DNA of 64,000 nucleotides from Eledone cirrhosa (GCA_964016885.1 OZ024740.1:169322001-169386000); one strand, 5' to 3'. Shown: positions 43,349 to 56,115, numbered from the stretch's first letter. Notes: generated by a model from the letters alone, not told the origin. A program made the numbers and translations.

Positions 43349-43908
43349 TTCCATAACGGCCAGAGAGAGAAGGATGTGTGAGAGGGAGATAGAAAGAGAG
43401 GAGTGAGAGAGAGAGAGAGTAAAATAAAGAAAGAGAGGAGTGTGTTTGACGCGAATATGATAAATACAGCTTTTATAATTTTAACTTATTTATTACACTT
43501 CTTAACTCTCCCCCTTCCACAACGTCACGTCTTGGGATTGTGTGCGTATGTGTGTGTGTGTATGTGTGTGTGTTTGTGTGTGTGTGTGTATGTGTGTGTG
43601 TTTGTGTGTATGTGTGTGTATGTTTGTGTGTGTATGTGTTTGTGTGTGTGTGTACATGATGGATGTTTTAAAATATTATATTGTTCAACCGACACGGCTA
43701 ACGATACATTTCTCTATGTTCACATTTTAATGACACATATCTGTAAATAAAACTTGCTCTTTTTGAATACCGTCTCATTTTTTTTTATTGAAAGAGTTGA
43801 TCAGGTAAAATTATCCTCCATGTTAAACATACAACACGGAAATTGACCATTAACATTGCAGCCCTACCAAGAACTGACACCGTCCAATGGACGGGGGTCA
43901 TTTGCTAG
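42951..43908 (+). mobile_element. Non-autonomous Helitron, unit 1
   Basis: 5' TC(TATATATATAATTCCCG); 3' CCGTCC-AAT-GGACGG hairpin, then CTAG. Confidence 0.88.
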
Positions 43909-44245
43909 TCTATATATATAATTCCCGTTCTGTGTGTGTAAAAGAGTTTCACTTGGAAAATATTCCATCGATCTCTGTCAAATTAAACACATAGCCAAAA
44001 TAGGCTACGATTTGTAACATCAAGAAAAAATTATTTCATAATGATTAATTTCGAAGTCACAAACTTCGATTTTATAATCTTATAGACTTTTGCACTAACA
44101 AATTCCATGACGGCCATAAAGAGAGATAGCGTTTCTTTTACACACTTCTTAACTCTCCCCCTTCCACAACACGACGTTATGAGATTGTATGTGTATGTGC
44201 GTGTGTATATGTGTGTGTATGTGTTTGTGTGTGTATGTGTGAGTG

Positions 44246-44287
<42 letters not shown>

Positions 44288-47200
44288 TTCCATAACGGCC
44301 AGAGAGAGAAGGATGTGTGAGAGGGAGATAGAAAGAGAGGAGTGTGTGTGACGGTTTGTAACATCGAGAAAAAATTATTTCATAATGATTAATTTCGAAG
44401 TCACAAACTTCGATTTTATAATCTTATAGACTTTTGCACTAACAAATTCCATGACGGCCATAAAGAGAGAGAGCGTTCCTTTTACACACTTCTTAACTCT
44501 CCCCCTTCCACAACACGACGTTATGGGATCCATAACGGCCAGAGAGAAGGATGTGTGAGAGGGAGATAGAAAGAGAGGAGAGAGAGAGAGAGTAAAATAA
44601 AGAAAGAGAGGAGTGTGTGTGACGCGAATATGATAATTACAGCGTTTATAATTTTAACTTATTTATTACACTTCTTAACTCTCCCCCTTCCACAACGTCA
44701 TGTCTTGGGATTGTGTGCGTATGTGTGTGTGTGTATGTGTGTGTGTTTGTGTGTGTATGTGTGTGTATGTGTTTGTGTGTGTGTACGTGCGTATGTGTGT
44801 GCGTGTGTGCATGTGTGCGTGTATGTGTATAAATGTGTTAATTGTAAGAAATATCAGACGATACTTTAGCGATAAATACAGTCTTTATAATTTTAACTTA
44901 TTTATTACACTTCTTAATTCTCCCCCTTCCACAACGTCACGTCTTGGGATTGTATGTGTATGTGTGTGTGTGTATGTGTGTGTGTTTGTGTGTATGTGTG
45001 TGTATGTTTGTGTGTGTATGTGTTTGTGTGTGTGTGTACGTGCGTATGTGTGTGCGTGTGTGCATGTGTGTGTATAAATGTGTTAATTGTAAGAAATAAC
45101 AGACGATACTTTTTATTCAAAAAATTAAACGCTAAAGCAATTTTGATGTCATAAATCATATTTTCAAAGTGAAAATCGTCATTTCTTTAATACTTATTCA
45201 GAGGTTGAAATATATTTACTGTTTGTCTTCTGGTTTTTAATCAAATATTTACACATTGCTCAACCGACACTGCTAAACACGATATTAGCAAAATTATTTT
45301 GTAAGTATGAAAATCTAATATATAATTCCCGTGTAGAAAAAGCAGATGATAAAATATACTTTTTCGTCTTGCTTATTATTACAAAAATTTACACATTGTA
45401 CACAACTATTTATTTCTTTTAATTGATTTGTATCAGCTTTATTCAATTACATATTTTCGGTAGAATGCCTCGAAAAAGAAAGAGTAACATTGGAAAAAAA
45501 ACAAAAAACTTTTGCTTTGCGCAAAGAGCGCGCAAGCGAAACAGAAGAACAATGTGTGCTACGGCGTGCTCGCAATGCTGCTTCTACCTCGATCGCCAGA
45601 GCATTACAAACAACTCAACAAGTAGAACTCCGGCGTGCTCACAATGCTGCCTCTACTTTGAACATCAGAGCATTACAGAAAGCTGAACAAGCAGAACTCC
45701 GGCGTGCTCGCAATGCTGCTTCTAATTCCAATAGCCGTGCTTTAGAGACCGTTGACCAAAGGGCAACAAGGCTTGCGGCTGATTCTCAACGGAATATGCG
45801 TACTTATGTCTTTCCGAGGGATTCTTCCTGTTACTGGTCTAAGAAAGGTTTTCAATACAACCCCCAAGAGGACTACGCATCCCATCCACATATCATCATT
45901 GGTAGTATGTCAACTGTTTTCGTCCATTGTAATGCAATGAGGTGGCCAGCGGAATCTACCGGTATATGTTGCTCCAATGGAACGGTTACATTGCCTTATT
46001 TACAAGTCGGTGCCGAACCTTTGAATTCTCTGCTGCTTGGAGACCACCCTGATTCTAAACACTTTTTCAGAAATATAAGAGCCTACAATTCGGCTTTCCA
46101 AATGACAAGCTTTGGTCATACAACAATAAAAAGATGGGAATTATATGCCCACATTTAAAGTGCAAAGCCAAATTTACCATCAAATAGGATCACTTATTCC
46201 ACAAGATGGCAAAGAACACAGTTTTCTCCAGATCTACTTTATGGGCAACGGATCTGAAGAAATTGCACGAAGGGCTTCAGTTGCTAAAGGAACGACACCT
46301 TCTCTTCTGCAGCCCCTTCAATATATGCTTCATTCCATAAACCCGTACATCACCATTTTCAAAACTGCTTTACAACGTAGAGATGCTAACAACAATCAAT
46401 ACAAGGTTGTCATTCGAAATGACCGCGCTCCACCAGGGCAGCATCAGGGTTGCTTTAATAGACCCCAAACCGATGAAGTTGCAGTGATTATAACACGCCC
46501 TAATGAGAGCGCTTCAAACCGTGATATTGTTATTGAATGGCAGGACTCGCATCTTCAAAAAATAAATGAACTTCATCCCGCATATGATGCTCTCCAGTAT
46601 CCATTGCTGTTCCCCTTTGGCGACGATGGCTACCGCATTGATTTGCAAAAGTGTAATCCTGTAAGTTTAATGCATCTTACACCAGGGAAAGCCATTTCAC
46701 AAATGGAATTTTATGCATTTAGACTTATGTTTCGCAAAAACGACGTCAACATTCTGCATAGAACACGGATGCTCCTCAATCAATACTGTGTAGACATATT
46801 TGCTAAGATTGACACTGAACGCCTCCAATGGATAAGACATCATCAAAAGGAACTCCGTTCAGAAGAATACGGCAATCTACGTGACGAAGTAAACCGAAAT
46901 GATCAGGCTAATGCTTCGGATGTTGGGCTTTCTGTCATTCTCCCATCATCATACACTGGAGGCCCCCGTTACATGCATGAAAAAAATGCAGGATGCTCTG
47001 ACCTATGTCCATCATTGTGGCCGTCATGATCTTTTTATCCCCTTTACAGGCAATCCAAAATGGTTTGACATCCAGTCTCATTTACTGTTTGTCTTTCGGT
47101 TATTAATAAAAAATATTACATTGTTCAACCGACACGGCTAACGATACATTTCTCTATGTTCACATTTTAATGACACATATCTGTAAATAAAACTTGCTCT

Positions 47201-47347
47201 TTTTGAATACCGTCTCATTTTTTTTTATTGAAAGAGTTGATCAGGTAAAATTATTCTCCAAGTTAAACATACAACACGGAAATTGACCATTAACATTGCA
47301 GCCCTACCAAGAACTGACACCGTCCAATGGACGGGGGTCATTTGCTA
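43909..47347 (+). mobile_element. Helitron unit 2 with 5' part of RepHel
   Basis: Same termini (3' CTA, G missing), duplicated 5' subterminal block, Rep N-terminal coding sequence. Confidence 0.88.
45465..47080 (+). pseudogene. Helitron RepHel N-terminal region (zinc finger + Helitron_like_N), frameshifted and truncated
   Basis: MPRKRKS, ~21-aa Arg/Ala repeats, HCNAMRW...CCSNG, IRAYNSAFQMTSFG, FNRPQTDEVA, YDALQYPLLFPFG, ILPSSYTGGPRYM. Confidence 0.9.
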
Positions 47348-48233
47348 TCTATATATATAATTCCCGTTCTGTGTGTGTGTGTAAAAGAGTTTCACTTGGA
47401 AAATATTCCATCGATCTCTGTCAAATTAAACACATAGCCAAAATAGGCTACGGTTTGTAACATCAAGAAAAAATTATTTCATAATGATTAATTTCGAAGT
47501 CACAAACTTCGATTTTATAATCTTATAGACTTTTGCACTAACAAATTCCATGACGACCATAAAGAGAGAGAGAGCGTTCCTTTTACACACTTCTTAACTC
47601 TCCCCCTTCTACAACACGACGTTATGGGATTGTATGTGTATGTGCGTGTGTATATGTGTGTGTATGTGTTTGTGTGTGTATGTGTGCGTGCATGTGTGTA
47701 TGTGTGTGTGTGTGTGTGTGTGTGTAATTTCCATAACGGCCAGAGAGAGAAGGATTTGTGAGAGGGAGATAGAAAGAGAGGAGTGAGAGAGAGAGAGTAA
47801 AATAAAGAAAGAGAGGAGTGTGTGTAACGCGAATATGATAAATACAGCGTTTCTAATTATTACACTTCTTAACTCTCCCCCTTCCACAACGTCACGTCAT
47901 GGGATTGTGTGCGTATGTGTGTGTGTGTATGTGTGTATGTTTGTGTGTATGTGTGTGTATGTTTGTGTTTGTATGTGTTTGTGTGTGTGTGTACATGATG
48001 GATGTTTTAAAATACACATTGTTCAACCGACACGGCTAACGATACATTTCTCTATGTTCAGATATCTGTAAATAAAACTTGCTCTTTTTGAATACCGTCT
48101 CATTTTTTTTTATTGAAAGAGTTGATCAGGTAAAATTATCCTCCATGTTAAACATACAACACGGAAATTGACCATTAACATTGCAGCCCGACCAAGAACT
48201 GACACCGTCCAATGGACGGGGGTCATTTGCTAG
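47348..48233 (+). mobile_element. Non-autonomous Helitron, unit 3
   Basis: Near copy of unit 1; hairpin + CTAG at 48230-48233. Confidence 0.88.
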
Positions 48234-48580
48234 TACTATATAAGTCCCGTTCTGTCTGTCTGTGTAAAGTATTATAACTTGCGTACTGTTCACCCGATCT
48301 CGCTAAAATTTTACACATTGCCAAAGGAGGATGCGAGACGTGTCAATAACAACTATTTATTACATAATTGTTACTTTCAAAGTGATACTCGCAATTTTTC
48401 TAATCCGTGTGTGACTTTGCGTTAAAAAAATCTCCATTAGAACTGCCGTAAGCAGGAACGCAGTTGAGAAAGAGAAGGCAGTAGAAAGTGCAGAGTAGAA
48501 GAGAGAGCGGGACAGAAAAAGAAAGAAAGAGAATGTCTATAGGAGGGAAACAGCGACAGAAAGAAAGAGACACAGAAAAA

Positions 48581-48634
<54 letters not shown>

Positions 48635-48863
48635 CTGTGTGAGAGAAGGGACTGGCAAAAAGAGAGAGAAAGAAGAGGCTGTGTGAGAGGGGAAAGAAAG
48701 AGAGAGTGAGACAGTAAGTAACCACATGTGAGAAGAGAAGCAGACGACAATATAAAATATTAAACACGATATTAGAAAAATATGTTTGTAAAGCATAATA
48801 GTTTATAAGGCAATATTTTATATATGCATGCATGCATAGATAAATACATACATATGTTTACAG

Positions 48864-48896
<33 letters not shown>

Positions 48897-48966
48897 GGTA
48901 AGTTATTCCGGGTTGAATCGGAGGTAACCACAGTAAGTAAGGTACTCAATACATAGCAGAGTATAA

Positions 48967-49090
48967 AAGTTTTAGTATAGATGTGATTTTACAGGACTAG
49001 AATTGTTTCATTCTTTAGAAATCATCAGGATTCCTGATGATTTCTAAAGAATGAAACAGTTCTAGTCCTGTAGAATCTCATCTATATTAA

Positions 49091-49094
<4 letters not shown>
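48967..49094. repeat. Fold-back of a PLE pseudo-LTR centred at 49031, just 5' of a CUGAUGA...GAAA core
   Basis: Two ~64-bp inverted arms with a 1-nt spacer. Confidence 0.75.
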
Positions 49095-49149
<55 letters not shown>

Positions 49150-49209
49150 CCAAGGCTCTGATACCATCAACACTATACACACAGAGCTGGCATATCTAAG
49201 AACTGACTA

Positions 49210-49265
49210 ACTGCCTGATGAGGTCATAGCCATTCAATGGCTATCATCGAAATATATATAGCAGT
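49210..49265 (+). ncRNA. Type I minimal hammerhead ribozyme in a solo pseudo-LTR fragment
   Basis: ACUGC-CUGAUGA-GGUCAUAGCCAU UCA AUGGCUAUCAUC-GAAA-UAUAUA-UA-GCAGU. Confidence 0.88.
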
Positions 49266-49442
49266 AAATAAAGGATTATGAGTTCATGCAATTGACTTAT
49301 GTTTCGTCACTATATATATATATATATATATAGTAATAATACAAAATTTGAAGACTAAAATCCAAAGAGGGCTCGATAAGGATAAATATATATCAGATAT
49401 ATAAGAACCGTAGAGCAAATATTTATTAATATAACAGATTAA

Positions 49443-49493
49443 AATTTAAGCAAAGAATCGCTGCTTTCACCCTTAACGGGATCTTCTGAAATT
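49443..49493 (-). ncRNA. Hammerhead variant with CAGAAGA core, in pseudo-LTR 49333-49540
   Basis: AAUUU-CAGAAGA-UCCC GUUAA GGGU-GAAA-GCAG CGAUUCU UUGC-UU-AAAUU. Confidence 0.6.
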
Positions 49494-49540
49494 AAAAAAG
49501 TCAATCTGTGAACGCAGAAGTAAATATTAAAAAAAACGTT

Positions 49541-52500
49541 GATTTACTTTATGGGGAACGGACCTGAAGAAACTGCACGAAGAGCTTCAGTTGCTAAAGG
49601 AACAATATCTTTTCTTCTGCAGCCCTTTCAATATATGCTTCATACCATAAACCCCTACGTCACCATTTTCAAAACTGCTTTTCAGCGTAGAGATGCTAAC
49701 ACCAATCAATTCAAGGTTGTTATTCGAGGTGATCGCGCTCCACCAGGGCAGCATCTGGGTTCCTTTAACAGACCCCAAACCGATGAAGTTGCGGTGCTTA
49801 TAACAAGTCCTAATGAGAGTGCTTCAAACCGTGATATTGTTCTTGAATGGCAGGACTGGCGTCTTCAAAAAATAAATGAACTTCATCCTGCATATGATGC
49901 CCTCCAATATCCATTACTGTTCCCCTTTGGCGACGATGGCTACCGCATTGACTTGCCAAAGTGTAATCCGGTAACTTTAATGCATCTTCAACCACGGAAA
50001 ACCATTTCACAAATGGAATTTTATGCATTTAGGCTTATGGTTCGCAAAAACGACATCAACATTCTGCATAGAACACGGATGCTCCTCAATCAATACTGTG
50101 TAGACGTATTTGCTAAGGTAACTATTTCTTAGTTTATGATTTCGTTCAGAAAATGTCCTTAGCCAGTTCACTCAATATTTATCACAACAATTTCTTCCTT
50201 TTCCAGATTGACACTGAACACCTCCAATGGATAAGACACCATCAAAAGGAACTGCGTTCAGAAGAATACGGCCATCTACGTGACGAAGTCAACCGAAATG
50301 ATCACGTTATTGCTTCGGACGTTGGGCTTTCTGTCATTCTCCGATCGTCATACACTGGAGTCCCCGTTACATGCATGAACACATGTAGGATGCTCTCATC
50401 TATGTCCGCCATTGTAGCCGTCCTCATCTTTTTATCACCTTCACATGCAATCCAAAATGGTTTGACATCCAGTCTCACTTACTTCATGGCCAAAATCCTT
50501 CACACAGGCATGATATCACATCTAGAGTGTTTCACCTAAAGCTTATGAAAATGAACCTGCAGTTATTCACCTCAGCGTTCATTTGGAGAATGGTCAACGG
50601 GTGTATTTTAACCAAGAAAATATGCTTGACTGTGCAAGATAATCCCGAAGAACGACCCTTACCGGATTCTTTGAACTTTGTACTACTAACTCTCTTGCCA
50701 GAACACTTCTTTATGCGGAGTTGTCTACATTCTACACGCGGAATAAATCTTCAAAGAAGAAAGCGAGGACGCATTTCACAAAGGGATGCTTCAATGCGTG
50801 AGTCTGATGCCCTCTCAAGAGTGTACACAGTTCCCCTGCTCCATTCAGAATGCTTTCACTTTCTATTCTTTCGTCTTCTGTTGCACGTTGTCAAAGGTCC
50901 AACTTCCTTTGAAGACCTTCGTACCATCAATGGCCATATTTGTTCAACATTTAAAGAGGCCTGCTCCAAATTAGGCCTTCTCGACAGTGATGACCATTAT
51001 GACCACCCCCTCCATGAAGCATCAATGTTGCAGTCACCAATTGCTCTTCTTAAGCTTTTCGCCGTTATGCTGGTGTACTGCAGTCGTGGGAATCCACAGT
51101 CTTTCTGGGAGAAATATCGCGACAGCACGTGCTTAGACATCCTAATGCAATCTCGCTTCGCGTCCACACATGAATTTACAGTTTACACCTGAAATGTACA
51201 ACTGCGGTCTCATATTTCTAGAAGATATACTTATACTTTTGGAAATCGGTGGCCGTCCCTTGAAGAACTACTGTATGGAATCTCCTAAAAGAGAAAATGA
51301 GGCTGTTTGTAACCGCCCCCTACTAAGGGAGACCTGCTACGATGCTGCCAGGCTTCTGTCCTACGTTCAAGAAAGAGAAAAACTTTTGAATCTTGAACAA
51401 GCTGATATCTATACTTTTGTTTTGACCATGCTTGAAGACACCAGCGGTGGCATTCACTTCCTTGATGCGCCAGATAACACAGGAAAGATATTTCTCCTCA
51501 ACCTCCTTCTTGCCAAAGTTCGCCAACGTGGACAGATTGCCATTGCAATGGCGACTTCAGGAATACCAGCAACACTACTAGACAGTGGCAGAACAGCCCA
51601 TTCAACATTTAAGTTTCCCTTAACATCGGTCATGTTGAAAATCTGACCACCAATATAAAGAAGAATTCTGATGAGGCTGCTGTCTTTCAAAAATGCAAAT
51701 TGATTGTCTGGGACGAGGCAAAATGTTCCACAAGAATGCACTTGATGCAATCAATACAACGCTACAAGACCTGCGCTCCAACTCTAAACCGTTCGGTGGC
51801 GTCGTTCTGCTTCTTGCTGGGGATTTTCGTCAAACTCTTCCCATTGTCCCAAAAAGCCAACCAGTTGATGAAATAGATGCTTGCATTAAACATTCTCATC
51901 TTTGGCGCTTCGTCCAGTCGAGAAAGTTTACCATCAACATGCGATCGATTCTCCACCAACAAGACGGTGACAATTACTTTGCTTCAAAGTTATTGGATGT
52001 TGGTAATGGGAACTTACCAATCGACGTAAACGGTTTGGTTGACATAAGTACCATCAGTAACTACGTCTCCAGCCCTGAGGACATTTGCACAAGAGTTTAC
52101 CCCGACCTCTCAACAAATTACGTCAGTCATCAATGGATGTGTGAAAGGGCCGTCTTAGCTCCTACAAATGCCATCGTCCAAGCTCTTAACACAAGTCTGC
52201 TTCGTCAACTTCCTTCCCAAGAGCGATGTTATGCTTCGATTGATTCGATTACGGATCCGACGCAAGTAACGTTTTATCCAACAGAGTTTTTAAACTCACA
52301 AGAGCCATCGGGAATGCCACCGCATAAACTCTGCTTAAGACTTGGAAGTCCGATCATACTCTTGAGAAACTTGGAACCTCCTCGGCTTTGCAATGGCACA
52401 CGCTTGGTTATAACGCAAATGTTGGATGACGTTCTCGAGGCTACAATCATTACGGAAAAAGGCGCTGGCGACTGTTTTTATTTCCAGAGTTCCACTTATT

Positions 52501-52743
52501 CCAACTGACTGTGTCTTTCCGATGAAAAGAGTCCAATTCCCCATTCGATTAAGTTTTGCAATGACCATTAACGAAGCTCATGGGCAGTCACTAAAAGTGG
52601 TTGGGCTGGACCTCAGTACTCCATGCTTTTCACACGGACAACTGTATGTGGGATGTTCAAGAGTGGAAACTCGGCCAATCTCTATTACTACGCTCCCGGA
52701 AGATTGACAAAAAATGTGGTTTACAAGGCAGCCCTCCAATAGT
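49541..52743 (+). pseudogene. Helitron RepHel remnant: partial Rep + PIF1-family helicase, multiple frameshifts, intron at 50118-50206
   Basis: GPTSFEDLRT, LDAPDNTGKIF (decayed Walker A), [50 protein letters not shown]. Confidence 0.92.
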
Positions 52744-53239
52744 TTTTCCATGGAGTTGAAAGCCCCTTCAGGTTGATCCTTATTGCGATTACTTACTTTT
52801 CACAAAAGGTAATGTTACTCTTCCAAAAAATGCCCATTGATGAAATGAACCATTTTTTTCATTTCAATGGACAGCCTTCCACATACTCCAGGTTATTTCA
52901 TAATTCAATTAAACATGTAGTTTCTTACAGATTGACTTCATGTCACCGAACTGTCGCCTATGTTTTTTGTACCGATTCTTCAGCCATTCAGTCAATTAAA
53001 CGATATTTCCATTTTTCTCTATTTTCTATTTTCGATATTTCTCTATTTTCACATTTTAATGACAGATATCTGTAAATAAAACATATTCTTTTTGAATACC
53101 GTCTCATTTTTTATTGAAAGAGTTGATCACGTAAAATTATCCTCCATGTTAAACATCGACAAAACGAAATTTCACCATTAAGACTGCAGTCCTACCGAGA
53201 ACTAACACCGTCCAATGGACGGGGGGGCATTTGCTAGTA

Positions 53240-53300
<61 letters not shown>

Positions 53301-53303
<3 letters not shown>

Positions 53304-53588
53304 AAAATGGCGTAGACATACAATACAACAGGAGGAACATAATAGTACCACTGTTGATGTTCCAGATGTGCAACGAAAGAGCTTTGTTAGACTATATATA
53401 TGTGTTTATATCTATATTATATCTGTATTTTTGACCGTTGGTCAGTCAATGATAAACATTGACGACCAAATGAATTAACTGTGGAGATATAAAAGATACA
53501 GAAACGAAAACCAACCAAACAGTGAGTGTGTTCTGTTATTATTTCTGGCAATTATTACAACAATATGACCTTCCCCAAGTATAACGAT
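53301..53588 (+). mobile_element. Solo pseudo-LTR of the Naiad-type family
   Basis: Reverse-complement homolog of 26180-26475, with a decayed hammerhead-like CUGUUGA...GAAA at 53351-53378. Confidence 0.7.
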
Positions 53589-53939
53589 ATATATATATGT
53601 ATGTATATATGTATGTGCATGTATGTGTGTGTGTGTATACATATATATATGTACGTATGTGTGTAAGTGTGTGTATGTATGTATATGTATGTATGCGTGT
53701 GTATGTATATGTGTGTGTATATTTATATGTATACATGTATGTATATATATATATATATTTTATTTTTTGAGTATATGGTGGTTGTTTTTTTATATATATA
53801 TATATATAGATGTATGTATATATGTGTGTCTGTGTGTGTGGGTGGGTCTGTATATATATATATATATCTGTATATATATATGTGTGTGTATGTATATATG
53901 CTTGTATATATATATGTATGTGTGTATGTGTGTGTGTAT

Positions 53940-54030
<91 letters not shown>

Positions 54031-54032
<2 letters not shown>

Positions 54033-54228
54033 AGTTGTGGTAAGGAACCAGATGGACCATAACGAACCAGATGGGCCATAACGTACTCATTACTTAGGGT
54101 GGTAGAGTGGGTGATAGGAAAATGTATGACCCCGGCGGCAGAGCTCAAGCCGTTTCGACGGCTATTTCTGGACTGAAATAGCCGTCGAAACGGCTTTGCT
54201 CTGACGTTGGGGTCATACATTTTCCTAT
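54031..54228 (-). mobile_element. PLE pseudo-LTR fragment with fold-back
   Basis: Family of 25251-25400. Arms 54115-54168 and 54175-54228 invert inside ribozyme loop II. Confidence 0.75.
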
Positions 54229-54680
54229 ATATATATATATATATCAAAGGTATATATTGAGTTAAAAACGCAAAATAGTCTCTTACAATTAAATACCTCA
54301 AGGAAAGAGATTTTTCCGAGAGAGATAAACACAGATATAAACATATATGTGTTCAAATCGTAAGGGACCAGATTCGGTGAAAACAATACTAACTATGAAC
54401 AATAAGGTTTGCCAGACTCAATATAAAATAATAAATCAAGAATAAAAATACAAACCGATATTGGGCAACTGCCAGACACCCAGACAGCTTATGGTAGGTT
54501 GTTTCGCAATTTTAGCGATGGGAATAACCAATTTTCTTTGCTCATCAGTGGGTGTAAAATTAGTAAACCCTTCACTTCTAAGTATCTCAGAAGACTGAAT
54601 AGTGTGCGTATATAAAATAACGTATGACTTGAACACATATATGTATACATCTGTGTTTATCTCTCATTTATATTCAATTA

Positions 54681-54729
<49 letters not shown>

Positions 54730-54740
54730 ATTTGTAGAAC

Positions 54741-54804
<64 letters not shown>

Positions 54805-54855
54805 ATGTGTACATATATATATATGTATATATGTGTGTGTATATGTATGTATTTG

Positions 54856-54892
<37 letters not shown>

Positions 54893-55109
54893 ATGAGGGG
54901 TATACAAATATATGTGTATACATATACATGTATATATAAACATATATTTTTCACAAGTATGTGAGATTGTATGTTGTCGACCTTAAGCAGTGTTACTCTA
55001 TGATTATGAGAGACAAAATAATCGAAATAATTAAATTGACACAATATCAGAGTTATGTAAAATATTATAAAAAGGAATAATAGACACAATATACCTATTT
55101 TTCCTTTCG

Positions 55110-55200
55110 TCCCGACTGTACAGTTTCGCTGGTCACTATGCAAGAATATTATATCATAGATATACAACATTGTTGTGAGGTAAGCCAGCTTATCAAGGGA
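55110..55200 (-). ncRNA. Hammerhead ribozyme, U3-A8 variant
   Basis: Inverted copy of 55923-56013; differences lie only inside loop II. Confidence 0.85.
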
Positions 55201-55922
55201 GCACCTCAGGGAAGAGCCCTAACTACATACGTCCGTAGCATGCGAGAAAATCTCAGAAAGGCGGAGGGAGACTCTATCACACGATACACCGGTCAAGAAA
55301 GGGGATTAATCCCTTGTAGCAGTGAAAATATCTCAGAAGGCGGAGGGAGACATTGATATGATACATAGGCTACAGAAGGGTGGTAAGGTTGACTAGAAGT
55401 GTATATAGTGTAATATTATAAAAAGGAATAATAGATACAATATACCTATTGTATCTATTATTCCTTTTTATAATATTTTACATAACTCTGATATTGTGTC
55501 AATTTAATTATTTCGATTATTTTGTCTCTCATAATCATAGAGCAACACTGGTTAAGGTCGACAACATACAATCTCACATACTTGTGAAAAATGTATGTTT
55601 ATATATACATGTATATGTATGTATACACATATATTTGTATACCTCTCATTATTGTCTCTAATTCCCTCACGGTAGAGTAACCACGGAAGTATAGTGACTG
55701 CTTTCAAGCAAACACTATATACACTTCTAGTCAACCTTACCACCCCTCTGTAGCCTCTGTATCATATCAATGTCTCCCTCCGCCTTCTGAGATATTTTCA
55801 CTGCTACAAGGGATTAATCCCCTTTCTTGACCGGTGTACCACGTGATAGAGTCTCCCTCCGCCTTTCTGAGATTTTCTCGCATGCTACGGACGTATGTAG
55901 TTAGGGCTCTTCCCTGAGGTGC

Positions 55923-56013
55923 TCCCTTGATAAGCTGGCTTACCTCACAACAATGTTACATATCTATGATATAACATTCTTGCATAGTGACCAGCGAAAC
56001 TGTACAGTCGGGA
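55923..56013 (+). ncRNA. Hammerhead ribozyme, U3-A8 variant; predicted cut after C56009
   Basis: UCCC-UUGAUAA-GCUGG...CCAGC-GAAA-CUGUACAG-UC-GGGA. Confidence 0.88.
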
Positions 56014-56057
56014 CGAAAGAAAAAATTGGTATATTGTATCTATTATTCCTTTTTATA

Positions 56058-56115
<58 letters not shown>

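Larger units (their letters stand above)
48234..53237 (+). mobile_element. Helitron unit 4 (divergent 5' end) with Rep and PIF1 helicase remnants; interrupted by PLE fragments at ~48870-49540
   Basis: 5' TACTATATAAGTCCCGTTCTG; same 3' hairpin and CTAG at 53234-53237. Confidence 0.85.
54889..56064. mobile_element. Second retrozyme-like family: 585-bp unit, minus-sense arm 54889-55411 and plus-sense arm 55449-56064
   Basis: TTGTATCTATTATTCCTTTTTATAATATTTT recurs at 55449 and 56034. The arms are circularly permuted inverted copies, each with one hammerhead. Confidence 0.8.
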
